64,000 nucleotides of DNA, from the NCBI GenBank assembly GCA_944372115.1, contig CALVYH010000002.1, positions 34,898-98,897 of the forward strand, read 5' to 3'. Each line of letters opens with the position of its first letter. The stretch's first letter is position 1. A model generated the notes under the pieces. It saw only the letters and a list, made by a program, of their open reading frames with translations. It ran no database searches and was not told where the DNA came from. Positions 8,456 through 19,535 of this stretch are shown piece after piece. Source of the stretch: an uncultured Bacilli bacterium. GTDB lineage: Bacteria > Bacillota_I > Bacilli_A > RFN20 > CAG-826. The position numbers and the translations under genes are program-made.

Positions 8456-9637
8456 ATGAATAAGTTTACTTCGGCTGTAAAAAAGGGATTTAGACCATTT
8501 GCTGTCTTTACTCATTTTTGCAATAAAAAACCTGGATTTAGATCTTTAATCGCAGGTATTATCTCAGTTATTATCGGTCTTTTGTGTGGAACAGTTGTAA
8601 TGTTAATTCTTTCGCCTTCACATGCAGGCGTTGGTTTATGGACTCTCATTTCAACTGGTTTTAGTACTCCAGAATTATTTGGTAGAGCTGTTTATCAAGC
8701 AATCCCAATGATTCTTTCTGGTCTTGCAATCGCATTTGCTTTTAAACTCAATTTATTTAATATCGGCGTCACCGGACAAGTTACAATTGGTGCTTTTGCT
8801 TCAATTTGTTGTGGACTTTCTGGAGCCAACTGGTTTGTTTGTATGATAGTTGGCGGTTTATGTGGCGCTGTTGCAGGTTTCATTCCTGGCTTTTTGAAAG
8901 CGAAATTTAATGTTAACGAAGTTCTTTCTGGAATTATGGTTAACTGGGTTCTTTATTATATAATTGGAATTATTGGAAGAATTGGTATTCCTTCGAGTTT
9001 CAAAGATAGAGCCACACCTTCAGAACTTATGATGATTCCTGAAGCCGCAAGAATGCCTTCACTTGGAATTCCAGGAATGACTGGTGTTAGTGTTGGTTTA
9101 ATCATAGCTTTAATTATCGTTGTTATTATTTCAATTGTTTTGAACAGAACAACATTTGGTTTTGAATTAAAAATGACTGGTAGAAATAAATTTGCTTCTA
9201 CTTATAGCGGTGTTAATCAAACAAAATCAATTATTCTTGCTTTAACAATATCTGGTGCATTGGCAGGAATTTGTGGTTATATGCTTTATGCTGAACCTGG
9301 AACACCAACCAAATTTGTTTGGGACTCATCTTCGAATACTTTACTAGCTGATGGATTTAATGGTATTTCGGTTAGCCTTATCGCACAAAATAGCCCAATT
9401 GGTTGTATTTTCTCATCATTACTTTTAACTTTAATAAGTGCTGCTCAAAACTCACTTAAAACTGTCTCAAATGGTGCATACAATATTCACTATACTGAAT
9501 TAATTAAAAATATAGTTATTTATGTTGCTGCATTATCTTCATTCTTTGTTATGTTATTAACAAGATTAAATGAAAAACACGATGGAATTCCTTATTTTAA
9601 TCGAGGAAAAGAAGTCGCTTTGAAGAAGGAGGAATAA
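8456..9637 (+). CDS. ABC transporter permease (NupB/RnsC-like)
   Basis: Polytopic hydrophobic protein in the operon with the BMP lipoprotein and the ATPase. Confidence 0.75.
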   Translation: MNKFTSAVKKGFRPFAVFTHFCNKKPGFRSLIAGIISVIIGLLCGTVVMLILSPSHAGVGLWTLISTGFSTPELFGRAVYQAIPMILSGLAIAFAFKLNLFNIGVTGQVTIGAFASICCGLSGANWFVCMIVGGLCGAVAGFIPGFLKAKFNVNEVLSGIMVNWVLYYIIGIIGRIGIPSSFKDRATPSELMMIPEAARMPSLGIPGMTGVSVGLIIALIIVVIISIVLNRTTFGFELKMTGRNKFASTYSGVNQTKSIILALTISGALAGICGYMLYAEPGTPTKFVWDSSSNTLLADGFNGISVSLIAQNSPIGCIFSSLLLTLISAAQNSLKTVSNGAYNIHYTELIKNIVIYVAALSSFFVMLLTRLNEKHDGIPYFNRGKEVALKKEE

Positions 9638-9640
9638 AGT

Positions 9641-10651
9641 ATGTCTGCATCAAGTTTTGGTTCTTTTGTTAAGTACTTAATAATGTATATTATCGGATTC
9701 ACTTTAGGTTCCTATGGTGGTCTTTTCTCAGAAAGTGCTGGCATTATTAATATTGCACTTGAAGGATCGATGGTTTTTGGCGCTTTTGCTGGGATTATTT
9801 TCCTTCAAGGTATGAATACTTGGGTAGCAGGTAGTTGGCTTGTTACTACAATTGGTGGACTTTTGATTGTTTATTTACTTGCATCAATCATTGCAATTAT
9901 TGCTGGTCTTTTATTCTCTTATTTATTATCGTTTGTTTCTATTAAACTTAAAGCTGACCAAACTGTCGTTGGCACCGCTTTAAATTCTCTTGCAGTTGCT
10001 ATTTGTACAATTTTTAATACTGCAATTACAGGAATTGACTCAACTGAAGTTGCAAACAACATTTTCTCTCAAGTTTTAAGAATTGATACTGGAATTACAT
10101 TTATTGATTATGCATTTTCAGGATTAAATATCTCTGTATTAATTGGAGTTATTGCCCTTGTTTGTTTATGGCTCGTTATGAATAAAACAAGATATGGCTT
10201 AAGATTAAGAGCTTGTGGAGAAAATCCTGCAGCTGCTGATAGTGTTGGTATTAATGTTTATAGAATGAGATATTCAGGCACTGCAATTGGTAGTGCTGCT
10301 GCAGCTTTAGCTGGTTTCGTAATTTTCTCTTGTATGCCTATTGGAACTTGGCAAATTTCTGCTCTTGGTTATGGATTCCTTGTTCTTGCTATTGAAATTT
10401 TCGGTAACTGGAAAGCAACAAATATCATTTTCTGTTCATTATTCTTTGCTTTCTTCTTTGCATTTGCTCCAACATTCACAGCTCAAATTTCAATTCATCC
10501 AGAATGGGGGTTAAACAATTCTTTATTTGGTCAAAGAGCATTCTATTATTTATTACCATATTTCCTTGCTTTATTATCTCTTGTTATTTTCTCAAAGAAA
10601 TCAAGAGCACCAAAAGCAGAAGGTATTCCTTACGATAAATCGACTCGATAA
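9641..10651 (+). CDS. ABC transporter permease (NupC/RnsD-like)
   Basis: Polytopic hydrophobic protein. Last gene of the operon. Confidence 0.75.
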   Translation: MSASSFGSFVKYLIMYIIGFTLGSYGGLFSESAGIINIALEGSMVFGAFAGIIFLQGMNTWVAGSWLVTTIGGLLIVYLLASIIAIIAGLLFSYLLSFVSIKLKADQTVVGTALNSLAVAICTIFNTAITGIDSTEVANNIFSQVLRIDTGITFIDYAFSGLNISVLIGVIALVCLWLVMNKTRYGLRLRACGENPAAADSVGINVYRMRYSGTAIGSAAAALAGFVIFSCMPIGTWQISALGYGFLVLAIEIFGNWKATNIIFCSLFFAFFFAFAPTFTAQISIHPEWGLNNSLFGQRAFYYLLPYFLALLSLVIFSKKSRAPKAEGIPYDKSTR

Positions 10652-10671
10652 TAGAAGATATTTATTAAAAC

Positions 10672-10705
10672 AAAACTGTCAAGACTTAAATCCTGACAGT
10701 TTTTA
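10672..10705 (+). terminator. rho-independent terminator
   Basis: Stem AAACTGTCA/TGACAGTTT followed by a T-run. Confidence 0.65.
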
Positions 10706-10849
10706 GTTATAGAGGTTTGAATTTAGATTAGTTTAATATTTTTTTAAATAAAGCGAACATTAATTCTATTTTTAGCGTTCTTATATGTACAAGGGTTAGA
10801 CAACCTTTTATTCCCTTTATTTTAAATATAGGTTATTTTATAAAAAGAA

Positions 10850-12049
10850 TTATTTATTAACTTTAGTTAAACCAAGAGAATCTAAGTAATCTTCTAATTC
10901 TTTTGGATTGCTTCCATAAACGATAATATGATGATTTCCTAAAGGTTTCTTTAAAAAATATGTTATATCATCGTGAATTTTAACTTTAATTTGAGTTCTA
11001 CAAAGATTATATCTATTTAAATTTTCTTCGATTGTTCCTCTTAATACTGCATATTTTGTGAAATCTGAAGAAATTCTAAATAAGAGTATGTCTTCTTCTT
11101 TTAACTCACCCTTAATTCCAATTCCAATATTTGATTCAAAATGTGTATCAAATTTATAAGAAGTAGTCATTTTTAAAGGAATTGTGCAGTGAGCGATAAT
11201 AAGTTCACGATTATTTACATCAAGTAAAGATGGATTTGCCATAAATGATGGTTGATGTAAAACCTTTAAAGCAGTATACATTGAAATCATTGCAGGAATA
11301 TCTCCTTCACAGCCAGCAATAATTCCTTCATCGTTTAAAAGAGCTAATGCTAAACAAGAAGTTGATTTAACAGTATTTAAAAGGTCAAAACATCTAATTG
11401 TAAAACCTTTTAAATCATATTTATTAACAATATTTCTTAATGATAAATAGATATGATATGCTTTTTTAAGTTCTTCATAATCAAATTTAGCTTTAAACAT
11501 TGAAGGATCTAAATCTTCGTTATGTTTTGCAATCTCATCTAATAATTCTTTAGAATCGATATTAACTAATTCGATATTGAATTTATCTTTTAATGCTTTT
11601 TCATCAACTTTTCCAGATGAAATTAACCAATCAGATGGTTTACCAATTATACCTAATTTAGTTGGTTTAATTTCATTATTAACAATTTCTCTAATTCTTG
11701 AAGCGATATAGTCATCACTACCATGTAAAATTTCTCCTCTTAAATTGTTGTTTCTTAAATAGGTTAAGATTTCTAAGCTTGCTGCAAGAGAGTTGTTATG
11801 AGGATAAGTTAAGAATATATAAGGTTGTTTAAAATACTTAATATTCTTTAAGAATTCATTTTCGCTTCCTCCGCTTTCTACTAAAATTAAACCGAGGTCG
11901 CTACCTTCATATAATTTTGAAGGGTCATTAACCAATTCGAAATCATAATTAGTTAAGTCATGAAGTGCAGAGAATAATCTTTCTCTTTGTCCTTTAATAT
12001 ATTCATCATCATGAAGTGATGAAACTATAGTGTAAACATTAATTTTCAT
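10850..12049 (-). CDS. hypothetical protein, possibly a FucI/AraA-like sugar isomerase fold
   Basis: Two Rossmann-like N-terminal segments and a GCEGDIPAM segment reminiscent of metal-binding sugar isomerases. Isolated gene flanked by AT-rich DNA. Confidence 0.3.
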   Translation of the reverse strand: MKINVYTIVSSLHDDEYIKGQRERLFSALHDLTNYDFELVNDPSKLYEGSDLGLILVESGGSENEFLKNIKYFKQPYIFLTYPHNNSLAASLEILTYLRNNNLRGEILHGSDDYIASRIREIVNNEIKPTKLGIIGKPSDWLISSGKVDEKALKDKFNIELVNIDSKELLDEIAKHNEDLDPSMFKAKFDYEELKKAYHIYLSLRNIVNKYDLKGFTIRCFDLLNTVKSTSCLALALLNDEGIIAGCEGDIPAMISMYTALKVLHQPSFMANPSLLDVNNRELIIAHCTIPLKMTTSYKFDTHFESNIGIGIKGELKEEDILLFRISSDFTKYAVLRGTIEENLNRYNLCRTQIKVKIHDDITYFLKKPLGNHHIIVYGSNPKELEDYLDSLGLTKVNK

Positions 12050-12302
12050 GGCTATATTTTAAATAAATTGAAATATAAAATTAAGTATAAAATGATTTTA
12101 TTTTGTTTTAATTAATAAAATTAATTATTTCTTAATGTTGTTTTAAAAATGTAAAATTATTTAAAGTTTAAGTTTAATATTAATTATATTTTTTTAATAA
12201 AAGAATAATAATAAATAAGTTAATTTTCATTTATTCGTTGATGTTTTCAAAATATTTATTAATATCTCTTAAATTCAATTTATAATAACATTAATAAATT
12301 TT

Positions 12303-13230
12303 ATGTATGAAGAAGTAAAGAAAAATAACAAAAAAGGAACATTTTTATCTCTTATAGCTGCATTATGCTATTCAGTTTCTTCACCTTTATCTAAATTAAT
12401 ATTAGATTTTATCTCACCTACTCTTTTAGCAGGATTTTTATATTTAGGCGCTGGAATTTGTATGATTTTATCTTTTTAATTAGAAAAACATTTAAAAAAA
12501 ATTAAAAAGGAAGAAAGATTAACAAAAAAAGATATTCCTTATGTAATAATGATGGTTTTTTTAGATGTTATTGCTCCTATTTTAATGATGTTCGGTTTAA
12601 AAGGAAGTAGTGCAGCAAATGGCTTCCTTATTAAATAATTTTGAAATAGTTATGACTTCTTTAATTGCTCTACTTATTTTTAAAGAGAAAATTTCTCTTA
12701 GATTATGGGGTGGAATAATAATTATAACGATTTCATGTGTTGTATTATCGTTTGATAAAAATGAATCATTATCTTTTTCTTATTATTCTTTATTAATTTT
12801 ATTAGCTGCCTTATGTTGGGGCTTAGAAAATAATTGCACTAGAAAAATATCTTCTTCTGATCCTTTAGAAATAGTATTAATTAAAGGATTATGTTCTGGG
12901 ACTTACTCTTTAATTATTGGTTTTATAATTGGTGAAAGAATATCATTAGAAAATATTTGGACTATATTTATTGCTTTATTGATTGGATTAATAGCTTATG
13001 GATTATCGATATTTTTCTATATATATGCTCAAAGGTTTATTGGTGCTGCTAAAACTAGTGCTTATTATGCGATAAATCCATTTATCGCATCTATTTTTTC
13101 ATTAATATTATTTTTAGAAATACCTAGTATACAATATTTAATCGCTTTAGTTATTATGATTATTGGTGCTTTTTTAGCTTCAAGTGATAAACCATTAATA
13201 AAAAAAGAATCTAATCATAAAAACGAATAA
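12303..13230 (+). pseudogene. EamA/DMT-family transporter gene disrupted by an in-frame TAA at 12477 and a +1 frameshift near 12621
   Basis: Frame-0 reading MYEEVKK...GAGICMILSF*LEKHLKK...GLKGSSAAN continues in frame +1 as ASLLNNFEIVMTSLIALLIFKEKIS (EamA motif). The tracked ORF 12610..13230 is only the C-terminal fragment and starts at a GTG. Confidence 0.6.
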
Positions 13231-13274
13231 ATTTATAGATTTTATCTTCTTTTTTTATTAATATATCTTTTCGT

Positions 13275-15179
13275 ATGGCCCTTTTATCTTTTATTAATGT
13301 TTCAAAAATGTTTAATACGGATTTAATTTTAGATCACGTATCTTTTCAAATTAATAAAAATGAAAAAGTTGCATTGATTGGTGATAATGGAACTGGGAAA
13401 ACTACCATAATGAAGTTAATTTTAAAAGAGATCGAACCTACTTTAATGCCTAAAGAAGATAGAGTTGGAGAAATTTCTATTTTAAAAGATACTAAAATTG
13501 GTTATTTAGATCAAAACGCTATTAAAAATATAAATAATACTGTTAAAGAAGAATTAGAAGAAGTTTTCATTCCTTTTAAAAAGTTAGAAGAAGAATTAAA
13601 TAAGATTACTGAAAAATTATCAAAAGAACCTGAAAACGAAATATATTTAAAAAAATATAATGAAATTATTGAAAATGATGTTTATACATCAAATTTTGAT
13701 TATGAAAATCAAATAAAAACTTTAGTTTCTAAATTTTCTTTTCCACTTTCAATTTTAGATAAACAAATTAATTCTTTAAGCGGTGGAGAAAGAATGAAAA
13801 TTGCTTTTATTAAAATCTTACTTTCTAAATATGACTTTTTACTTTTAGATGAACCTACTAACCATCTTGATATTTCAACTATCGAATGGTTAGAAAATTA
13901 TTTAAAAGATTATAATGGAACAATCCTTTTTATTTCTCATGATAGATATTTTATTGAAAAAGTTTCTAATAAAATTTTAGAGTTAGAACATGAAAAAATA
14001 ACGACATATAACACAACTTATGAAGGTTATTTAAAAGAAAAAGAAGACCGATATAAATTACTTATGGAGCAATATAAAAAAGAAGAAGAAAAAATGGCTC
14101 ATTATAAGAAATTTATCGAATTTTATCGTTACAAACCAAGATTTGTTGGAAGAGTAAAAGACAGAATTAAAAAATTAGAAAAGATTGAAGAAAATCATGT
14201 TGAACCACCTAAAAAAGAAAACAAAAATATCAAAATTAATCTAGAAGGCGGCAATTTAAAAAACAAAGAATTATTAGAAGTTAAAGATTTAATAGTTGGT
14301 TATTCTTCTCCTTTACTTCCTCCAATTTCTTTTTCTTTATATGGCAAAGATAAATTAGCAATTATTGGAGATAATGGAATAGGAAAAACCACTTTAATTA
14401 AAACAATTTTAGGCGAAATTCCTCCTCTTTCAGGTAAAATACTCGAAAAAAGAAAATTAGACATAGGTTATATAAAACAAAATGATTACTCCTTTAAAAA
14501 GGGAGAAGATATTCTTTCTCATTTAAAAAATATATACCCTTTAAAAAGCGAAAAAGAATTAAGAAGTGCTTTAGGAAGATTCTTATTTAAAAAAGAAGAT
14601 GTTTTTAAAGAAACATCAACTCTTTCTAATGGCGAAAAAATGAGAGTAAATCTATGTGCTTTAATGCTTTCAAGCTATGATTTATTAATTTTAGATGAGC
14701 CTACAAACCATTTAGACATGATTACAAAAGAATGTTTAATTTCTGGATTAAAAGATTATCAAGGTGCAATTATTTTTATTTCTCACGATAGATATTTTAT
14801 TAACGAATGTAGTGATTTTATACTTTCTTTAAGCAAAGAAAAAGTGATTTATTTTGAAGGAAGTTATGATGAATTAAAATTATCTTTAGATAAAGAAAAT
14901 AGCGATAATAATCGTAATTATTCATTAAAAGATAATCAAAAGGATAATACAAAAAAAGATAATGAATTAGTTTATGATTTAATAAATAGAAAAGAAAAAT
15001 TATCGAAAAATATGATTAATGAACTAAATAAAAGAATGGAAGAAATTGAACGAGATTTAGAAACAATCGACACTCTTTTAAGCGACGAATTTAGCGATTA
15101 TAAGAAAATTGAAGAATTGAGTGATAAAAAAGATGAATTAGAAAAAGAATATTTAGAGATATTAAGAAAACTAAATTAA
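13275..15179 (+). CDS. ABC-F family ATP-binding cassette protein (ribosome-associated type), two NBDs plus a C-terminal coiled-coil
   Basis: Two Walker A motifs (GDNGTGKTT, GDNGIGKTT), two signature motifs (LSGGERMK, LSNGEKMR). No transmembrane domain. K/E-rich linker and tail. Confidence 0.8.
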   Translation: MALLSFINVSKMFNTDLILDHVSFQINKNEKVALIGDNGTGKTTIMKLILKEIEPTLMPKEDRVGEISILKDTKIGYLDQNAIKNINNTVKEELEEVFIPFKKLEEELNKITEKLSKEPENEIYLKKYNEIIENDVYTSNFDYENQIKTLVSKFSFPLSILDKQINSLSGGERMKIAFIKILLSKYDFLLLDEPTNHLDISTIEWLENYLKDYNGTILFISHDRYFIEKVSNKILELEHEKITTYNTTYEGYLKEKEDRYKLLMEQYKKEEEKMAHYKKFIEFYRYKPRFVGRVKDRIKKLEKIEENHVEPPKKENKNIKINLEGGNLKNKELLEVKDLIVGYSSPLLPPISFSLYGKDKLAIIGDNGIGKTTLIKTILGEIPPLSGKILEKRKLDIGYIKQNDYSFKKGEDILSHLKNIYPLKSEKELRSALGRFLFKKEDVFKETSTLSNGEKMRVNLCALMLSSYDLLILDEPTNHLDMITKECLISGLKDYQGAIIFISHDRYFINECSDFILSLSKEKVIYFEGSYDELKLSLDKENSDNNRNYSLKDNQKDNTKKDNELVYDLINRKEKLSKNMINELNKRMEEIERDLETIDTLLSDEFSDYKKIEELSDKKDELEKEYLEILRKLN

Positions 15180-15198
15180 TATTATAATTAATATAGTT

Positions 15199-15612
15199 AT
15201 GTTAAATATCACTAAAATTCGTAAATATATTAAAGGAATTGAAGAGAGTAAACGCAAAGTTGTTACGGTTTTTATGCTCTCTAAAAACATTGGAATAAAA
15301 GAAGAAATAATTAAGGAAGATTTAGTTAATCTCATTCCTTTAATTAATTTTGACGACTCTTTAAATTTAAAAGATTATTTAACTCTTTTAAAAGATGAAG
15401 AAGAAAAAATAAATGAAGGAAGAGTTGTTAAAAAAAGAATACTTAAAAATAATGAAGCAAAAGAATATGAAAATGTAATTGATTATGTTTATAAAAATTT
15501 TTGTGTCGAAGGTGGCGTTTTAGATTTAGGTTATCAAATCACAAAAAAAGATATAAAAATACTAAATAAATTGTTAAAAGAAGAGAAAGAAAACTTAGAA
15601 AAAATGAAATAA
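15199..15612 (+). CDS. hypothetical protein
   Basis: 137-aa K/E-rich ORF with no recognisable motif. Confidence 0.35.
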   Translation: MLNITKIRKYIKGIEESKRKVVTVFMLSKNIGIKEEIIKEDLVNLIPLINFDDSLNLKDYLTLLKDEEEKINEGRVVKKRILKNNEAKEYENVIDYVYKNFCVEGGVLDLGYQITKKDIKILNKLLKEEKENLEKMK

Positions 15613-15791
15613 AGTGGCTAAAAAAATAGACGTTTTTTAATTAAGATGAATGTTAGTTTTAACTAACAAAATAAAGAAAATATTTCTTGAAAATAATCAC
15701 GTTTTTTCTTTAAAAATTTATTAATAACTTATAGAAATTAAAGATTTAAAAATATATAATATTTTCGTTTAGAAAATAAGGAGAAATTAAC

Positions 15792-18700
15792 ATGGCAGAA
15801 ATTAAAAAGACAATGCTTAGTGTTGATGGTAATACAGCCGCTGCTTTAATGAGTTATAATTTCACAGAAGTTGCAGCTATTTTCCCAATTACTCCATCTT
15901 CACCAATGGCAAATTATGTCGACATTTATGCTTCACAAGGAAAGAAAAACTTTTTCGGAAGTACAGTAAAGGTTTGTGAAATGCAATCCGAAGGTGGCGC
16001 TTCAGGCGCAGTCCACGGTGCTTTACAAGGTGGTGCTTTTGCAACAACTTATACTGCATCACAAGGTTTACTCTTAATGATTCCTAATGTTTATAAATGG
16101 TGTGGTGAATTACTTCCTGCAGTTATGCACGTCTCAGCAAGAAGCTTAGCAACAAGATCATTATCAATTTTTGGTGATCATCAAGACGTTTATTCAATTA
16201 GACAAAGTGGTATCGCACTTTTATGTTCAGATTCAGTCCAAGAAGTCGCTGATTTAGCTTCAGTTGCTCACTTAATTGCAATTGATGCAGAATATCCAGT
16301 TTGCCATTTCTTTGATGGTTTCAGAACTTCACACGAAATCCAAAATGTTGAATTCTTAGCTGATGAAGAATGGAAGAAATTAGTTCCATGGGATAAAGTT
16401 GCTAAATTTAAAGCAAGAGCATTAAATCCACACGGACACGCAGTTACTAGAGGTGGTGCTGAAAACGACGATATCTACTTCCAAGGTAGAGAAGCTCAAA
16501 ATGAACATTTCGCAAATGTTTTACCAATCGCAAAGAAATATTTTGCAAAAGTTAGTGAATTAACTGGAAGAACATATGCTCCTTTCGTTTATGAAGGCGC
16601 ACCAGACGCTACTAAAGTTATTATTGCTATGGGCAGTGTCAACGAAACAGCTCACGAAGTAGTTGAAGATTTAAATAAAAAAGGTGAAAAAGTTGGTTTA
16701 ATTAGATGCCATCTTTATAGACCATTCTCAGCAGAAGATTTAGTTGCTGTTATTCCTTCAACATGTAAAGAACTCGCTGTTTTAGATAGAACAAAAGAAT
16801 TAGGCAGTGTTGGCGAAGGACTTTATGAAGATGTCTGCTCAGCACTCGTCTTACAAGGTAGAAATGACCTTAAAGTTATCGGCGGAAGATATGGTCTTTC
16901 ATCAAAAGATACTCAACCAAAACACATCAAATCAGTTTATGATTGGATGTTAAGTGGTAAAGAACATCACAATTTCACAGTCGGAATTATTGATGATGTT
17001 ACACATCTTTCAATCCCAGTAGATGATAATTATGAAATTAACCATTCATACACATCATGCTTATTCTATGGATTAGGAAGTGATGGAACAGTTGGCGCTA
17101 ATAAATCTTCAGTTAAGATTATTGGTGATGCAACTCATCAATATGCTCAAGCATATTTTGCTTATGACTCAAGAAAATCAGGTGGTGTTACACGTTCACA
17201 CTTAAGATTTGGTAAAGAACCAATCCATTCAACTTACTATGTTGAACACGCTGACTTCATTTCATGTTCAGTTGATACATACGTTTTAAAATTCGACATG
17301 TTAAAGAATTTAAAAAACGGCGGAACATTCTTGCTCAACACAGATATGAGTGATGAAGATTTAATTAAAGCTTTACCAAACAGAGTTAAATATCAACTCG
17401 CTACAAAGAACGCAAAATTTTATGTTATCGATGCTAATAAAATCGCTCTTGAAGTTGGTATGGGAAGACATACAAACACAATTCTTCAAAGTGCATTCTT
17501 CTATTTAAACCCACAAATCATGCCATATGATGAAGCTAATAAATGGATGAAGAAATTAGCAGAAAAAACATATGCAAGAAAAGGACAAGAAGTTGTTGAA
17601 CTTAACTATAAAGCAATCGATAAAGGTACTGAAGGCTTAAGAGAAGTTAAAGTTGATCCATCATGGAAAGATTTAGACTTCAAACGTGTTAGAAATACAA
17701 CAGGTGATGAATATTTCGATTCATATGTTGATTATGTTGGTACTCTTGATGGTTACGATATTCCAGTTTCTAAATTCACTGAATATGAATTATTAGATGG
17801 AACAATGAGAGAAGATGTTACTTTCAAAGAAGAAAGAAGTATCGCTGATAGAGTTCCAGTTTGGAATAAAGATTACTGTGTCCAATGTAATACTTGTGCA
17901 TTTGTCTGTCCTCACGCAACTATTCGTCCATTCTTATTAACAGATGAAGAAGTTGCTAAAGGTCCAGAAGGATTAGCTAATAGAGTTAAAGATGCAGTTG
18001 GTCCAACTGTTAAAGGTTATAAATATGTTATTCAAGTTTCACCAAAAAACTGTGTTGGATGTGGACTTTGTGCTAAAGAATGTTTAGCTAACAAAAATGC
18101 TGCTAAACTTGGCAATGATCACTTCGCACTTAAGATGGTTGAAGCTAAATCACAATTCGATGATGAAAAATATGCTCAATATTTATTCAAACACGTCGAA
18201 TATAAAGCTGATAAATTCCCATTAACTACTGTTAAAGGTGTCGCATTCTTAATGCCATACATGGAAGTCAGTGGTGCTTGTGCAGGCTGTGGAGAAACTC
18301 CATATTATGAATTATTATCAAGATTATTTGGTAAAGATTTAATGATTGGTAACGCTACAGGTTGTTCATCAATTTATTCAGGCTCAACTCCATTAACACC
18401 ATTCGTTAATGATAATGATCATAATGGTCCAGCATGGTCTAACTCCTTATTTGAAGATAATGCTGAATTCGGTTATGGTATGAGACTTGCTACTGACTAT
18501 AAACTTGCTCTTATTTCTTCAATCTTAACAAGTGCTAAAGAAAGAGGTGTCGAACCAAAATTAGCTGATTTAATTGATAAATATCTCGCTAATATTAAAA
18601 ATAAAGATGAAGCAAGAAAGATTGCTCCAGAATTAATTAAAGCTGTTGAAGCTAGTAAAGATGAAGAAGTCAAAGCCGTCCTCGAATTAAAGAATGATTT

Positions 18701-19355
18701 AGTTGATAAATCAATTTGGATCGTCGGTGGTGACGGATGGGCATACGATATTGGTTATGGTGGACTTGATCATGTTTTAGCTAGTGAAGACGATATCAAT
18801 GTCATGGTTCTTGATACCGAAGTTTATTCTAATACTGGTGGTCAATCATCAAAATCATCTCAAGCAGGCTCAATTGCTCAATTCACTGCTTCAGGTAAGA
18901 GACAAAATAAAAAGAACTTAGCATTAATGGCTATGACTTATGGTAATATCTATGTTGCTCAAGTTGCTTTAGGTGCAAACCCAATGGCTGCTATTAAAGC
19001 ATTTAAAGAAGCTGAAAGTTACCATGGACCATCCTTAATTATCTGCTATGCTCCATGTATTAACCAAGGTATTAAAGGTGGCTTAGTTAACTCTATTGAA
19101 ACTGAAAGAGCTGCTGTTGAATGTGGTTACTTTACAACATTCAGATATGATCCACGTTTAGCAGAAGAAGGTAAAGCTCCATTACAACTTGATTGTAAAG
19201 AACCTGATTTCACTAAAGTACGTGAATTCATTATGAAAGAAACAAGATATAACCAACTACCAAAAGTTAACCCAGAACATTACGAAGAATTATTCGCTAA
19301 AAACGAAAAAGCTTGTAAAGATAGATGGGAAAGAATTAAAAAATTCGGTTTATAA
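15792..19355 (+). CDS. nifJ: pyruvate:ferredoxin (flavodoxin) oxidoreductase, single-polypeptide PFOR
   Basis: 1187 aa. Typical N-terminus MAEIKKTMLSVDGNTAAALMSYNFTEVAAIFPITPSSPMA. Two ferredoxin CxxCxxCxxxCP motifs. TPP domain GDGW, and a GCGETPY segment. Confidence 0.92.
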   Translation: MAEIKKTMLSVDGNTAAALMSYNFTEVAAIFPITPSSPMANYVDIYASQGKKNFFGSTVKVCEMQSEGGASGAVHGALQGGAFATTYTASQGLLLMIPNVYKWCGELLPAVMHVSARSLATRSLSIFGDHQDVYSIRQSGIALLCSDSVQEVADLASVAHLIAIDAEYPVCHFFDGFRTSHEIQNVEFLADEEWKKLVPWDKVAKFKARALNPHGHAVTRGGAENDDIYFQGREAQNEHFANVLPIAKKYFAKVSELTGRTYAPFVYEGAPDATKVIIAMGSVNETAHEVVEDLNKKGEKVGLIRCHLYRPFSAEDLVAVIPSTCKELAVLDRTKELGSVGEGLYEDVCSALVLQGRNDLKVIGGRYGLSSKDTQPKHIKSVYDWMLSGKEHHNFTVGIIDDVTHLSIPVDDNYEINHSYTSCLFYGLGSDGTVGANKSSVKIIGDATHQYAQAYFAYDSRKSGGVTRSHLRFGKEPIHSTYYVEHADFISCSVDTYVLKFDMLKNLKNGGTFLLNTDMSDEDLIKALPNRVKYQLATKNAKFYVIDANKIALEVGMGRHTNTILQSAFFYLNPQIMPYDEANKWMKKLAEKTYARKGQEVVELNYKAIDKGTEGLREVKVDPSWKDLDFKRVRNTTGDEYFDSYVDYVGTLDGYDIPVSKFTEYELLDGTMREDVTFKEERSIADRVPVWNKDYCVQCNTCAFVCPHATIRPFLLTDEEVAKGPEGLANRVKDAVGPTVKGYKYVIQVSPKNCVGCGLCAKECLANKNAAKLGNDHFALKMVEAKSQFDDEKYAQYLFKHVEYKADKFPLTTVKGVAFLMPYMEVSGACAGCGETPYYELLSRLFGKDLMIGNATGCSSIYSGSTPLTPFVNDNDHNGPAWSNSLFEDNAEFGYGMRLATDYKLALISSILTSAKERGVEPKLADLIDKYLANIKNKDEARKIAPELIKAVEASKDEEVKAVLELKNDLVDKSIWIVGGDGWAYDIGYGGLDHVLASEDDINVMVLDTEVYSNTGGQSSKSSQAGSIAQFTASGKRQNKKNLALMAMTYGNIYVAQVALGANPMAAIKAFKEAESYHGPSLIICYAPCINQGIKGGLVNSIETERAAVECGYFTTFRYDPRLAEEGKAPLQLDCKEPDFTKVREFIMKETRYNQLPKVNPEHYEELFAKNEKACKDRWERIKKFGL

Positions 19356-19377
19356 TCTATAAATACTAAACTATAAA

Positions 19378-19406
19378 GAGAAGGCTTCGTCCTTCTCTTT
19401 TTTACA
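19378..19406 (+). terminator. rho-independent terminator
   Basis: Stem AAGAGAAGG/CCTTCTCTT, loop CTTCGT, then a T-run. Confidence 0.75.
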
Positions 19407-19535
19407 TTATTTTTTAGATTTATTGTAAAATAAAGGAAAAGAATTAAATTAAAACTATATTATTCATTATTATTGCACCAAAAAATAAAATTAACGATTC
19501 TTATTATATATATAAATTAAAAAGGAAATAAGGAA

